DNA of 41,150 bases from an uncultured Spirochaetales bacterium (lineage in GTDB: Bacteria > UBP6 > UBA1177 > JAKLFG01). A program made the translations under genes and the position numbers. The stretch's first letter is position 1, and each line of letters starts with the position of its first letter. Below the pieces are notes generated by a model, which did no database searches, had not been told where the DNA came from, and saw only the letters and a list, made by a program, of their open reading frames with translations. The stretch is from contig CAYNMQ010000001.1 in the NCBI GenBank assembly GCA_964398245.1, positions 1-41,150 on the forward strand, given 5' to 3'. Below are positions 32,524 through 41,139 of the stretch, piece after piece.

Positions 32524-33336
32524 ATGCGGCGCGGATTCACGATGATAGAGCTTCTGGCGGTGCTCGCGGCGCTGGTGATCGTCCTCGGCGTCTCGATCCC
32601 CGCGGTGGCCAACATCGCCCGTTCCGAGGCCTCTTCGGAAGTGGGACGGTTCGGCACCTTCCTGAGAAAGACCTTCCTTTCGGCGGTGCGTCGCGGCGAG
32701 TACCTTCGCATCGCGATAGACCTGCGCGGCGGCGATTACTGGGCCGAAAAGACCGACACGCCGTTCTTTCTCATGACCGCCAAGGAACAGGAGACCTTCG
32801 ATCAGCAGAACGCCGCGCTGCTCGCCGAGTACGAAGAGGCGGAGAAATCGGGATCCTCGCTCAAGGCCGGCTCCGGAGCCGCGGCGCAGAACTTCTTCCA
32901 GCTCCTTTCGATGCAGGCGAGCGACGAAGCGATGAGCGACGACCTCTACCACTGGGAGAACTTCGTGCCGCCGCCGCGCAATATCAAAGAGATACTGAAA
33001 CCCGACTTCACGCCGGTCTCGGAACACCACCGGTTGTCCTCGTCTCTTCGCTGGCACCAGTTCTTTTCTTATCACACCCCCGACATCGTCACCTCCAACG
33101 ACGAGGACGAAGAGAAGGACCGCAAAGAGCGTATCGTGTACATCTATCTTTTTCCGCAGGGAAGGATATCGCCGTTCTATCTCTCCGTCGGCGAAAAGGA
33201 ACAGGGGACCGGGCCGCTCCTGTACCTCGCGTCCGATATGTATCTCGGCGTGAAGGTGGAGCGCGGGGGCTTCGACGAAACGGTGAAAAGCCTCGTCGGC
33301 GAGATGGAAGAGGATGCCGATGCCGAGGGGAAGTAA
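32524..33336 (+). CDS. gspH: Minor pseudopilin, GspH-like, unusually long (270 aa)
   Basis: The N-terminus MRRG|FTMIELLAVLAALVIVLG is a class III signal. It occupies the position after gspG. The body is longer than that of typical GspH. Confidence 0.65.
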   Translation: MRRGFTMIELLAVLAALVIVLGVSIPAVANIARSEASSEVGRFGTFLRKTFLSAVRRGEYLRIAIDLRGGDYWAEKTDTPFFLMTAKEQETFDQQNAALLAEYEEAEKSGSSLKAGSGAAAQNFFQLLSMQASDEAMSDDLYHWENFVPPPRNIKEILKPDFTPVSEHHRLSSSLRWHQFFSYHTPDIVTSNDEDEEKDRKERIVYIYLFPQGRISPFYLSVGEKEQGTGPLLYLASDMYLGVKVERGGFDETVKSLVGEMEEDADAEGK

Positions 33337-33337
33337 G

Positions 33338-34030
33338 ATGGCGATGACGATCGACATGCGCGGGTTCTCGCTCCTCGAGGTGATGGCCGCCATCACGATC
33401 CTCGCGGGGCTTCTCATCGCGGTGACGCGCATCGTCTCGCACAGCTACTATTACACCGAGCGGGTCGCCGCCATTTATCTCGGCACCGAACTGGCGCGGC
33501 TCAAGATGCACGATGTCGAGGAGATGATAAAGAAGGACGGCATCCCGACCGCCGATAAAGAGGAGGAGGGCGAGTTCGAAGAGAAAGCCTATCAGGGGTT
33601 CAAGTGGCGCTACGCCATCAAGCGGGTCCACATCCCGCTTCCCGATGTCGGCGGTTCACTGGCAACCGGAGAAGCGGGCGAGACCGATCAGGGACAGGCG
33701 GCCGACCTGCTCTCCGGAGCGAAGTCGATGATAGAAGACTTCATCAAGGAAAAGGTACGCAAACTGACGGTCGAGGTGTGGTGGGGCGAAGGGAAACGCG
33801 AATCGGAACGGGTCACCTTCGTCCTCTTCATCCCCGCCGATCAGGGGATGCAGGAGTTCCGTCAGGGCGGCGGCGCTATCCAGCCGGGCGGACGCCAGCG
33901 GCCGGGCGGTCCCCAGAAGTGGTTCAACAAGCCGCCGGAGGGGACGCCGGGAGCGCCCAGCCCCGCCGCGCGTCCGCTTCCGGGCGGCGGCCCCGGGTTC
34001 CTCCAACTGCCGGGGGGAGGAGCGCGATGA
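33338..34030 (+). CDS. gspI: Minor pseudopilin, GspI-like, with a Gly/Pro-rich C-terminal tail (230 aa)
   Basis: The N-terminus is MAMTIDMRG|FSLLEVMAAITILAGLL. The core reads GFKWRYAIKRV....KLTVEVWWGEG.....VTFVLFI. The tail is GGGAIQPGGRQRPGGPQKWFNKPPEGTPGAPSPAARPLPGGGPG. Confidence 0.65.
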   Translation: MAMTIDMRGFSLLEVMAAITILAGLLIAVTRIVSHSYYYTERVAAIYLGTELARLKMHDVEEMIKKDGIPTADKEEEGEFEEKAYQGFKWRYAIKRVHIPLPDVGGSLATGEAGETDQGQAADLLSGAKSMIEDFIKEKVRKLTVEVWWGEGKRESERVTFVLFIPADQGMQEFRQGGGAIQPGGRQRPGGPQKWFNKPPEGTPGAPSPAARPLPGGGPGFLQLPGGGAR

Positions 34031-34680
34031 ACCGGCGCGGCTTCACTCTCATCGAGGTGCTCACGGCGACGGCGATCCTCGCCCTTCTCATGACGAGCGT
34101 CTACTTCTCGTTCTCCAACCTTCTCGAGGGGCGAAGTCGTATCAGGGAGCGGAGCGAACACCTTCGTCGCGTCTATCTTGCGCTCGACCTCATGCGGCGC
34201 GACATCCAGAACGCGTACCTCACCCGCAACCGCGGAACGCCGGAGGAAACGCATGTCACGATCTTCCGCGGCCTCGAGGACGCGCCGGTCTCGCATCTTA
34301 CCTTCGCGACGCTCAACCATGTGAAGATGCGGGCGTCGGGCAAAGAGTGCGATCAGGCGGAGGTCGAATACTACGGCGACACGAAGGACGGCGAAACGGT
34401 TCTCATGCGCCGCGAGAGTTCATGGGTGGACGGCTTTCCCGAGAAGGGAGGCAATGTCTTTCCGGTCCTTGCGGGGTTCAAAGCGATTATTTTCGAGTAC
34501 TGGGACGCCGAGGACCGCGAGTGGGTCCGCGTCTGGGACAGCGAGGCGACCGACCGCGCCGACACCCTGCCGCCGAAGGTGAAGATAACGATGCTCGTGA
34601 GCGACGCCGACGGCGATCGGCCCGAGGAGCGTGTCGAGACGATCGTGGACATCAAGATGCAGAAACCGTTCACTTTCTAG
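34027..34680 (+). CDS. gspJ: Minor pseudopilin, GspJ-like (217 aa)
   Basis: The N-terminus is MNRRG|FTLIEVLTATAILALLMTSVYFSF, followed by the ...LDLMRRDIQNAY pattern. An ATGA overlap links it to the previous gene. Confidence 0.7.
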   Translation: MNRRGFTLIEVLTATAILALLMTSVYFSFSNLLEGRSRIRERSEHLRRVYLALDLMRRDIQNAYLTRNRGTPEETHVTIFRGLEDAPVSHLTFATLNHVKMRASGKECDQAEVEYYGDTKDGETVLMRRESSWVDGFPEKGGNVFPVLAGFKAIIFEYWDAEDREWVRVWDSEATDRADTLPPKVKITMLVSDADGDRPEERVETIVDIKMQKPFTF

Positions 34681-34688
34681 GGACGACG

Positions 34689-35885
34689 ATGGGAAAGCTG
34701 TACGCCATGCTCTCGAAAGAGTTGCGCCGGCCGCGCGGGGTGGCGCTCCTGCTCGTCGTCGTCATGATCGCCGTCATGCTTCCGGTGGTGACCGACATGA
34801 ACTATGAGGCGCGCACGGAGTTCGAACTCGCGATGAACTATAAGCGGAAGGCCGAAGCGCAGGCGCTCGCCCGTTCGGGGCTCGCCTTCGCCGCCGTCGT
34901 CTTCGATCTCCAGAAGCAGGTGGAGAACCTGCTCCAGTCCAGTTTTCTCAAGAATCTCGGCATCCAACGATTCGAGATATGGGACATCATCCCGTTCGAC
35001 ACGCGGCTTTTGCGCGGTCTCACGGCGGGACCGTTCGTGGATGTCGGCGATGTCGTCGCGGGAGGCCCTGCGGCGGCCGCGGAGGGGAAGGGGGGCGAGC
35101 GGGGAGAAGGCACGGTGACGCCGCCGCTCGACGAGGGAGATCCGCTCTTCGATTTCCCCGGCGATTTCGCGCTCGAGTTCGAGAACGAGGACACCAAGAT
35201 AAATGTCAATCTGCTCGACAGCGCCGCAAAACAGGGTGTCGCCCGGATGCTCTGGGGGATCGTCGAGCCGCAAGTGTACGACTTTCTCTTCCTCGAGAAC
35301 ACGAGCCGTCCCGAGTTCGTGACGCGCGAGGAGCTCATCGCCAACATCGCCGCCTGGGTTGACGGCGACGACGAACGCTATCTCATCGGCGGCGACGAGC
35401 GCTCGTTCTATGACGATTTCGTGCCGAAGTTCGGCGTCAAGAACGCCCGCTTCGACACCATTGACGAGCTGCGGATGGTGTACGGCGTGACCGATGTCGT
35501 CTTCCGTCTCCTCGCCCCGTATGTGACCATCTACTCGAGCGGCCGCATCAATCTCAACAAGGCGCAGCCGGTCATCATCGAGGCGGTCATCCGCAGTTAC
35601 GCCAAGGACAAGACGCTCGGCATCTTCTACAATGACGATCTCATGCGGGAATTGCTCGGCAAGGTGCTCGCCCAGCGGGCGAAGGACGGTTTCTCGAAAG
35701 TGGACGATTTTCTCGTCGTCTTGCGGGACGAAGGGGTGGAACTGGAGCCGGCGGCGGCGAGCCAACTCTCGGTTGACGGCAGTTTCTACCGTATCCGGGT
35801 GCGGGGAGAGAAGGAGGGGACCGAGGCCTTCATCGAGCTGGTGAGCGACAAGAACTTCAACATCTATTTCTATCGGGAGGGATGA
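34689..35885 (+). CDS. gspK: Minor pseudopilin GspK-like (398 aa)
   Basis: The N-terminus RGVALLLVVVMIAVMLPVV has no Glu5, as is typical of GspK. The sequence carries ARSGLAFA, a DEGDPLFDFPGDFALEFENEDTKINVNLLD region (calcium-site-like), FDTIDELRMVYGVT and INLNKA. I chose the ATG at 34689; the track ORF starts upstream in the same frame. Confidence 0.75.
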   Translation: MGKLYAMLSKELRRPRGVALLLVVVMIAVMLPVVTDMNYEARTEFELAMNYKRKAEAQALARSGLAFAAVVFDLQKQVENLLQSSFLKNLGIQRFEIWDIIPFDTRLLRGLTAGPFVDVGDVVAGGPAAAAEGKGGERGEGTVTPPLDEGDPLFDFPGDFALEFENEDTKINVNLLDSAAKQGVARMLWGIVEPQVYDFLFLENTSRPEFVTREELIANIAAWVDGDDERYLIGGDERSFYDDFVPKFGVKNARFDTIDELRMVYGVTDVVFRLLAPYVTIYSSGRINLNKAQPVIIEAVIRSYAKDKTLGIFYNDDLMRELLGKVLAQRAKDGFSKVDDFLVVLRDEGVELEPAAASQLSVDGSFYRIRVRGEKEGTEAFIELVSDKNFNIYFYREG

Positions 35886-35895
35886 GAGGATCCCC

Positions 35896-37482
35896 ATGCG
35901 GTATGCTGTGTGCAGAATCCAGAAGGATCGACTGATCGCGTGCAGTTACACCAAGGAGTACAATCGCGCGGTGGCGCGCCGCTTCACGGTCGTCTCGTTC
36001 GACGAGGCGGCGAGCGAGTTCGCGGCATGCGAACATCTCGACATCGTGGTGCCGGCCGCCGAGACGATCCGTTTCGCCGGGGAGTATCCGCCGGTACGCC
36101 GAAGCGACCTCGAGAAGATCATCCGGCAGGACATAGAAACGGCCACGCCGTTCAAGGCCGCCGAGGTGGTGTTCGACACCGGGGCCGTCCTTCCCGACGG
36201 GACGCCGCCGGGGTCCCTCACGCCCGTCGAACGGTTGCGGGCCCTCCTTGACCGGCCCGGCACCTTCCTCGCGGGGCGGGTGAGGGCGATCGTCCCCGAA
36301 GCCGCGCTCGCTTCGGGCGCGGGGCAGGCGCTGTTCCTCGATGACGACACCGTGACCTTCGCCGATGCCTCCGGACAGGTGGTGAAGACCGGCGGCATCG
36401 GACGGCTCGTCACCCAGATGCGCGAAGCGCTCGGCCACGGACGGAGCGATGACGAAACGCTGCAGATACTTGCCGCATCGCGCGATCTTTCCGATCCGCC
36501 GGCGCTCTCGGAGGACGAGCTGCTCCTCCGCAAGGCGGCCGAGCGTTTCTTCCGCGCGCTTCTCGCCGAGTTCTCGCCCTACCTGCGCCGCGACGAGCCG
36601 ACGACGCTCTTTGTCGCCGACCGCCTGCCGGGCAACGCGGAAAAGGTATTCGCGGCGGCGCTTCCCGGCGCCGTCGTCGTCTCGCCGGAAGCGTGCCTCG
36701 ATATCGTCGCCGAGCGCGCCGAGGCGCAGGAGAAGCCGGATCTTGCCCGCGGGCCCTTCATCTACCGCGGCGGCGCCGCCTTTCTGCGTCGCCGGATCCT
36801 CGCGATCGCGGTCCTTTTCGCCGTCGGTCTCTTCCTCATGATCGCTGCGTTCGAGGTGCGCATCTGGCGGATCGACCGGGCGCTCGACGAGCTCGACCAG
36901 AAGGGAAGAGCCGTCACCAAGGAGATCCTCGGCAAGGAATACCCGTCGCTCAGGCAGGCACTCTCGACGATGGTCAAGACCATCGAGGGAAAGGGGGACG
37001 CGAAAGGAGAAAAGAAGCTGTATCCCTATTCGGCGGTGTTCGTCATGGAGCAGACCTTCCCGGCGGCCGCATTCGAAGGAAGCTCCGTCGAGATGCGCGA
37101 TTTCTCGTTCAAGGACGGCAAGGTGCGGCTCTCGGGCGAGGCCGATTCGCTCGAGCACATCAACATGATGATCGAAAATCTCGAGAAGGTGGAATACGTG
37201 AGCGATCTCAACAAGGGACAGATCACGACCCGTGGCGGCAAGAGCTCCTTCGGCGTCAGTTTCCTGTTCCAGAAAAAGAGCGCCAAGGAACAGGCACGGA
37301 AAGAGAAGAAGGAAAAAGAGAAAAAGGACCTTTCGGGAGAACCGTCACCGGAGGGGACCTCGGTCGGTGCACCGGCGACGCCTCCTCCTTCTCCGGTCGC
37401 CAGGCCGCCGGCGCCTCCGGTGGCGCGGCCGTTTCCCGGCGAGCGGCCTAAGGAGACCGTTCCGTGGGAGGAAGAACAATGA
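35896..37482 (+). CDS. gspL: GspL-like assembly protein (cytoplasmic PilM/GspL-type domain, one TM, periplasmic domain, Lys/Glu- and Pro-rich tail; 528 aa)
   Basis: It lies between gspK and gspM. A central TM helix ILAIAVLFAVGLFLMIAAF is followed by IWRIDRALDELDQKG, which resembles PilN/GspL periplasmic domains. I have no strong motif-level identification. Confidence 0.55.
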   Translation: MRYAVCRIQKDRLIACSYTKEYNRAVARRFTVVSFDEAASEFAACEHLDIVVPAAETIRFAGEYPPVRRSDLEKIIRQDIETATPFKAAEVVFDTGAVLPDGTPPGSLTPVERLRALLDRPGTFLAGRVRAIVPEAALASGAGQALFLDDDTVTFADASGQVVKTGGIGRLVTQMREALGHGRSDDETLQILAASRDLSDPPALSEDELLLRKAAERFFRALLAEFSPYLRRDEPTTLFVADRLPGNAEKVFAAALPGAVVVSPEACLDIVAERAEAQEKPDLARGPFIYRGGAAFLRRRILAIAVLFAVGLFLMIAAFEVRIWRIDRALDELDQKGRAVTKEILGKEYPSLRQALSTMVKTIEGKGDAKGEKKLYPYSAVFVMEQTFPAAAFEGSSVEMRDFSFKDGKVRLSGEADSLEHINMMIENLEKVEYVSDLNKGQITTRGGKSSFGVSFLFQKKSAKEQARKEKKEKEKKDLSGEPSPEGTSVGAPATPPPSPVARPPAPPVARPFPGERPKETVPWEEEQ

Positions 37483-38018
37483 GAGAACGCATCGCGGCAT
37501 ATATCGAGGGGCTCTCGTCGCGCGAAAAGAGCATCCTCGTCGCCTTCGGCGGTCTCGTCGCGCTGTTCATCGTCGCGGGGATCTATCTTTTTTTCAACGA
37601 GGCCGTGGAAACGCGGCGCACCGATCTTCAGGAACGGAACGCCCTCCTTGCGAAGATAGAGGGGTACCGGGAGCACTTCCGCCGCGCCCGCGAGCGGGAG
37701 AGCCAGTTCTCTCTCGCCGTTCAGACGAACCAGACCAACCTCAACAGCTATCTGAACGGCGTCCGCGAGACCTTCGGCGTCGAGATAGCGACGATAAAGG
37801 AGCTCAAAGCGGAGAAGAAGGGGGAGTTCCTCAAGGAGATGGTCGAGGTCGGCATCCGCTCGATAGACATGCCGACGCTGATGAGTTTCCTCTATGCTCT
37901 CGAGAACAGGGCGCGTCTCGTGTTCGTTGACTCGCTCGCGATCAAGAAACGATTCGACGGCAAGAACTATGAGGTCACGCTTGTCGTCGCCACGCTCAAG
38001 GAGGCCGCCGAAAAATGA
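37479..38018 (+). CDS. gspM: GspM-like protein (179 aa)
   Basis: An ATGA overlap links it to gspL, and GGAGGAAGAACA lies upstream. The protein has a short N-terminus, the TM helix ILVAFGGLVALFIVAGIYLFF, a coiled segment and an alpha/beta C-terminus. Size and position fit GspM. Confidence 0.6.
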   Translation: MRERIAAYIEGLSSREKSILVAFGGLVALFIVAGIYLFFNEAVETRRTDLQERNALLAKIEGYREHFRRARERESQFSLAVQTNQTNLNSYLNGVRETFGVEIATIKELKAEKKGEFLKEMVEVGIRSIDMPTLMSFLYALENRARLVFVDSLAIKKRFDGKNYEVTLVVATLKEAAEK

Positions 38019-39274
38019 GAGAGAAGACAGCGCAGGTTCTCCGCCGCGGCGGGGCGTTCGCCGCTTCGCTCGCCGCCCGACTCTTCGCCGAGGGGCGTCT
38101 CGCCGCGTTCATCCGCGGCGCGTTGTTCGTCGGCGCCGCCTCGACGGTCGGCCTCTATCTTGCGCTCGCCCTGTTCGTCCCCGACGAGCTGGTGGTCGGC
38201 AAGGCGCGTCAGATGGCTGCGTTAAGAGGACTGTCTCTCATCGTGGAGGATGTTGACTACTCGCCGTTCGGCGCGGTCGTCCTCGAGGGCGTCACGGTCG
38301 GCGACGAGGAAGGAAAAGAGTTTCTTACGATCGGCTCGCTCACCGTTGCTCCCCGTTTCCTGTCTTTCCTGCGCGGGACGCCGGCGGCGACTGCGACGCT
38401 CAAGGACATCGGCGGCGCGGGGGGGTCGTTGAAACTTCGCTATGAATCGGGGGAGGATTTCTGCGCCGCTCTCGAAGGGGACGAGGCGCCGCTGTCGGTT
38501 ATCCGCCTCCTCTGGCCGAAGATGGAGATCGAGGGATGGTTGAACGGTGAGGCGGAGTTCTGCGAGGAGCAGAAGAAGACGACGGCGACGGCCGACCTGC
38601 GCGCCGAGGAGGTGAAACTGGGAGGCGTCGTCTACGGGCTCACGCTCGACAAGCCGGTGAATCTCGGCGAGGTCGTCATCCGCGCCGGGACCAAGGAGGG
38701 AAAGCTCGAGGTGGAGGAGTTGAGCGCCGACGGCGATTTCCTGCTCGAAGCGACCGGAAAAGTGACGCTCAATGCCCAGAGCTACAAGAACTCGCGGCTC
38801 GAGATCTCGGCTCAGATAGAGGAAAAGCGGAGAGGCGCTCTGCAGGAACTGCCGCTTCTTGAACTGGCGCTCGCCCGTTTCAAGGGATCCGACGGGAACT
38901 ATGCCGTCAAGGTGACGGGGACGCTCCAGAACCCCGCCGTGCGTCGGGACACCGCGGCGATCCGCTCCTCTCGCGTCGCCGGCAAAGAGCGGGAGAGCGG
39001 TGCGTCGCGGAGAAAAGAGCGCGACCGGAAAAGAGAGGAGCGTTCCGAAAGGACTTCGGGAACCGAAACATCCCCGGCACAGGAACCGCCGAAGGAGAAA
39101 GCGCCGGTCGAAGAAAAGACGAAATTGGAGGAGCCTGATCGGGAACCGACGAAAGATGCGGAGAAGGAAGCGGCGAAAGAGAGCTCAGCCGCCAAGGATA
39201 ATACGGGGAGCAAGAACTCTCCTAAGGAGGAGCCGGCCAAGGAACCTACCAAAGAAACGGAGGATAACCCATGA
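38015..39274 (+). CDS. gspN: GspN-like protein with a ~100-aa highly charged Lys/Glu/Pro tail (419 aa)
   Basis: An ATGA overlap links it to gspM. The N-terminal TM helix is ALFVGAASTVGLYLALALFV, followed by a beta-rich body (LKLRYESGEDF..., GKVTLNAQSY...LEISAQIE). It holds the terminal position in the gsp operon. Confidence 0.5.
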   Translation: MREKTAQVLRRGGAFAASLAARLFAEGRLAAFIRGALFVGAASTVGLYLALALFVPDELVVGKARQMAALRGLSLIVEDVDYSPFGAVVLEGVTVGDEEGKEFLTIGSLTVAPRFLSFLRGTPAATATLKDIGGAGGSLKLRYESGEDFCAALEGDEAPLSVIRLLWPKMEIEGWLNGEAEFCEEQKKTTATADLRAEEVKLGGVVYGLTLDKPVNLGEVVIRAGTKEGKLEVEELSADGDFLLEATGKVTLNAQSYKNSRLEISAQIEEKRRGALQELPLLELALARFKGSDGNYAVKVTGTLQNPAVRRDTAAIRSSRVAGKERESGASRRKERDRKREERSERTSGTETSPAQEPPKEKAPVEEKTKLEEPDREPTKDAEKEAAKESSAAKDNTGSKNSPKEEPAKEPTKETEDNP

Positions 39275-39783
39275 AGACCGCTATCGTTTTCCCGCTCGGT
39301 CTCTTTGTTCTTCTCGTCTCGTGCGCGACGACGCCGATCCCGGGGACCGACATCCCCGACACGCCCGAGAACCGCGCGGTGCTCGAGGTCTTCTTCAAGT
39401 ATGTCGAGGCGCTCAAGGCGCAGGATGCCGACCGGATCGTCTCGCTCATCTCGGAACACTATCTCGATCACAACGGTACCGATGACGCAGGCGACGATGT
39501 TGACTACCAGGCGGTCACCCGGTTCGTCCGCTCCGGCGCCTACCATGGCATCAAGGCGGTCAACCTCGTCTTCATCGTCAAGGATATGCTTCTCTCCGAC
39601 GACGGACAGACCGCGAAGATCCTCTACTATTATGAGGTCCGACTCAAGACCGACCGCCGCGTGCCGCCGGCGGAGGCCTCTTCGCTCAACCCCTCCGGCG
39701 AGAAATGGCTCAAGGAGAGCGATGTCAACCAGATGGTGCTCCGCAAGGAGGCTTCCGGCTGGAAGATCGTCTCGGGGTTGTGA
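39271..39783 (+). CDS. Lipoprotein with an NTF2/SnoaL-like (DUF4440-type) pattern, translationally coupled to gspN (170 aa)
   Basis: The signal and lipobox are MKTAIVFPLGLFVLLVSC. The segment ENRAVLEVFFKYVEALKAQDADRIVSLISEHY resembles the N-terminal helix pattern of NTF2-like domains. An ATGA overlap links it to gspN. Confidence 0.6.
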   Translation: MKTAIVFPLGLFVLLVSCATTPIPGTDIPDTPENRAVLEVFFKYVEALKAQDADRIVSLISEHYLDHNGTDDAGDDVDYQAVTRFVRSGAYHGIKAVNLVFIVKDMLLSDDGQTAKILYYYEVRLKTDRRVPPAEASSLNPSGEKWLKESDVNQMVLRKEASGWKIVSGL

Positions 39784-39795
39784 GGAGGGCCGGCG

Positions 39796-40755
39796 ATGAT
39801 ACCGCTGCCTGCCGCGATCCCCGACCTGACACCGCGCACCCCCTTCGCTGAGGCGTCGCATGACGACTACCTCCGCATGGCGTCGGCGCTCCGCGATACG
39901 GGCGGCGACCCTGCGCGCCTGCCGGAGCCGCTTGCGATCCGCTATCAGCACAACCTCGCCCAGAACATCGTCAAGGAGAAGGTCTTCCTCGGCGTCGCCG
40001 AACGGCTGCGCGCCGGCGGCGTGACGGCGTCGCTGCCGATAAAAGGGATGCACCTTCTCCAGACGCTCTATCGCGACCTGCCGGGCATCCGCCCGATGGT
40101 GGACATAGACCTTCTCGTGCCGCGGGCCGATTTCCGGAAACTTCCCGACCTTGTGCGCGACGATCCGGCATGGCATCCGGCCATGAAGCGCTGGCTCGGG
40201 GCGCGGGCGCTTCTCGCCGCCGACATCGCCTTTGTCACGGAGCACACCACCGTCGAGGTGAAACGCGACCTGCTTCTCGTGCCGCTCGTTGATCTCGGCC
40301 CCTTCTTCGCTGCCGCCGGACCGGCCCTCACCGCGGGAAAGGAGGTGCGCCTGCTCAAAGCAGAACACGCGGCGTTGCTCTATCTGCTTCACCACCTCGG
40401 CGACCATCTCTTCCACTATCGCCGCGTCGAGCCGCGCCACCTCGCCGAGTTCAGCGTCCTCCTGCGCGCGCTCGGCGACACCGCCGCCTTCCGCGACCTC
40501 TGTCGCGCCCACCGTATCGAGCGATGGTGCGACCTCATGTTCTTCCTCATCTACACCTTCTTCGAGCGCCCGGTCGTCACCCCCGCCGATTTCACCGTGC
40601 ATCCGGTATTCGCCTGCATCGAGAAAAAGCCCGGCGGCCGCCTCGGTCTCGCGCGGACGTTTCCGCTTTTCTGCTTCCTCTATCGAGGGTGGGCGGCCCC
40701 GCTCCTTTTCCGCAACGCCGCGCTGTTTTTCCCCAAGAAGATGCTCCATCGCTGA
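39796..40755 (+). CDS. Uncharacterised nucleotidyltransferase family protein (NTP_transf_5-like, 319 aa)
   Basis: The motif LPIKGMHLLQTLYRDLPGIRPMVDIDLLVPRADF matches the K-G..L....Y.....R...DIDLLV signature of this family. A GAGGAGGG SD lies upstream. Confidence 0.7.
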   Translation: MIPLPAAIPDLTPRTPFAEASHDDYLRMASALRDTGGDPARLPEPLAIRYQHNLAQNIVKEKVFLGVAERLRAGGVTASLPIKGMHLLQTLYRDLPGIRPMVDIDLLVPRADFRKLPDLVRDDPAWHPAMKRWLGARALLAADIAFVTEHTTVEVKRDLLLVPLVDLGPFFAAAGPALTAGKEVRLLKAEHAALLYLLHHLGDHLFHYRRVEPRHLAEFSVLLRALGDTAAFRDLCRAHRIERWCDLMFFLIYTFFERPVVTPADFTVHPVFACIEKKPGGRLGLARTFPLFCFLYRGWAAPLLFRNAALFFPKKMLHR

Positions 40756-40875
40756 GTCCTTTCCCAAAAGATTGTCTCTTCAAACTTGACAACGGTTTTT
40801 TCCCGGTTAGACTTCTTTTCGGTTATGGTGAAGCGCAGGGCATTTTTACCAACCGATATCTCAGGAGGATGAGAG

Positions 40876-41139
40876 ATGAAGAATCTTTTCTGGCTTGTTC
40901 TTTCGCTCATGTTCGCGCTGGCGTTCGTGGCGTGCGACAACGGTGACGATGGCGAAGAGACCGATGTGGATCAGGTGACCGATGTGGATCAGGTGACCGA
41001 TGTGGCGGAAGCGCACCCCGATGTGGTGACGGAAGTGGAAGAACCCGACGAGGAAGCGGTGGCTCCGTGCAAGCTCGAGGACACCTTCTTAGATGCGAAA
41101 CCTGCCGCGTGGGTAGCCTTCTTCCCGATGAAGAGGTAA
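40876..41139 (+). CDS. Small acidic lipoprotein with an internal hexapeptide repeat (87 aa)
   Basis: The signal and lipobox are MKNLFWLVLSLMFALAFVAC, followed by an Asp/Glu-rich sequence. A GGAGGA SD lies 6 nt upstream. The stop is at 41137-41139. Confidence 0.55.
   Translation: MKNLFWLVLSLMFALAFVACDNGDDGEETDVDQVTDVDQVTDVAEAHPDVVTEVEEPDEEAVAPCKLEDTFLDAKPAAWVAFFPMKR
40959..41005 (+). repeat. Tandem 18-bp coding repeat gaccgatgtggatcaggt, 2.6 copies
   Basis: The copies at 40959-40976 and 40977-40994 are identical. A partial copy lies at 40995-41005. The repeat encodes TDVDQV-TDVDQV-TDV. Confidence 0.9.

Noticed and set aside
28831-40767. A series of long minus-strand ORFs across the T2SS operon (28831..30612, 30978..32711, 32464..33432, 34677..35897, 35857..37158, 38899..40767)
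   Set aside because: All are antisense to plus-strand genes with pseudopilin, ATPase or platform motifs or with coherent operon coupling. They are high-GC antisense artefacts.
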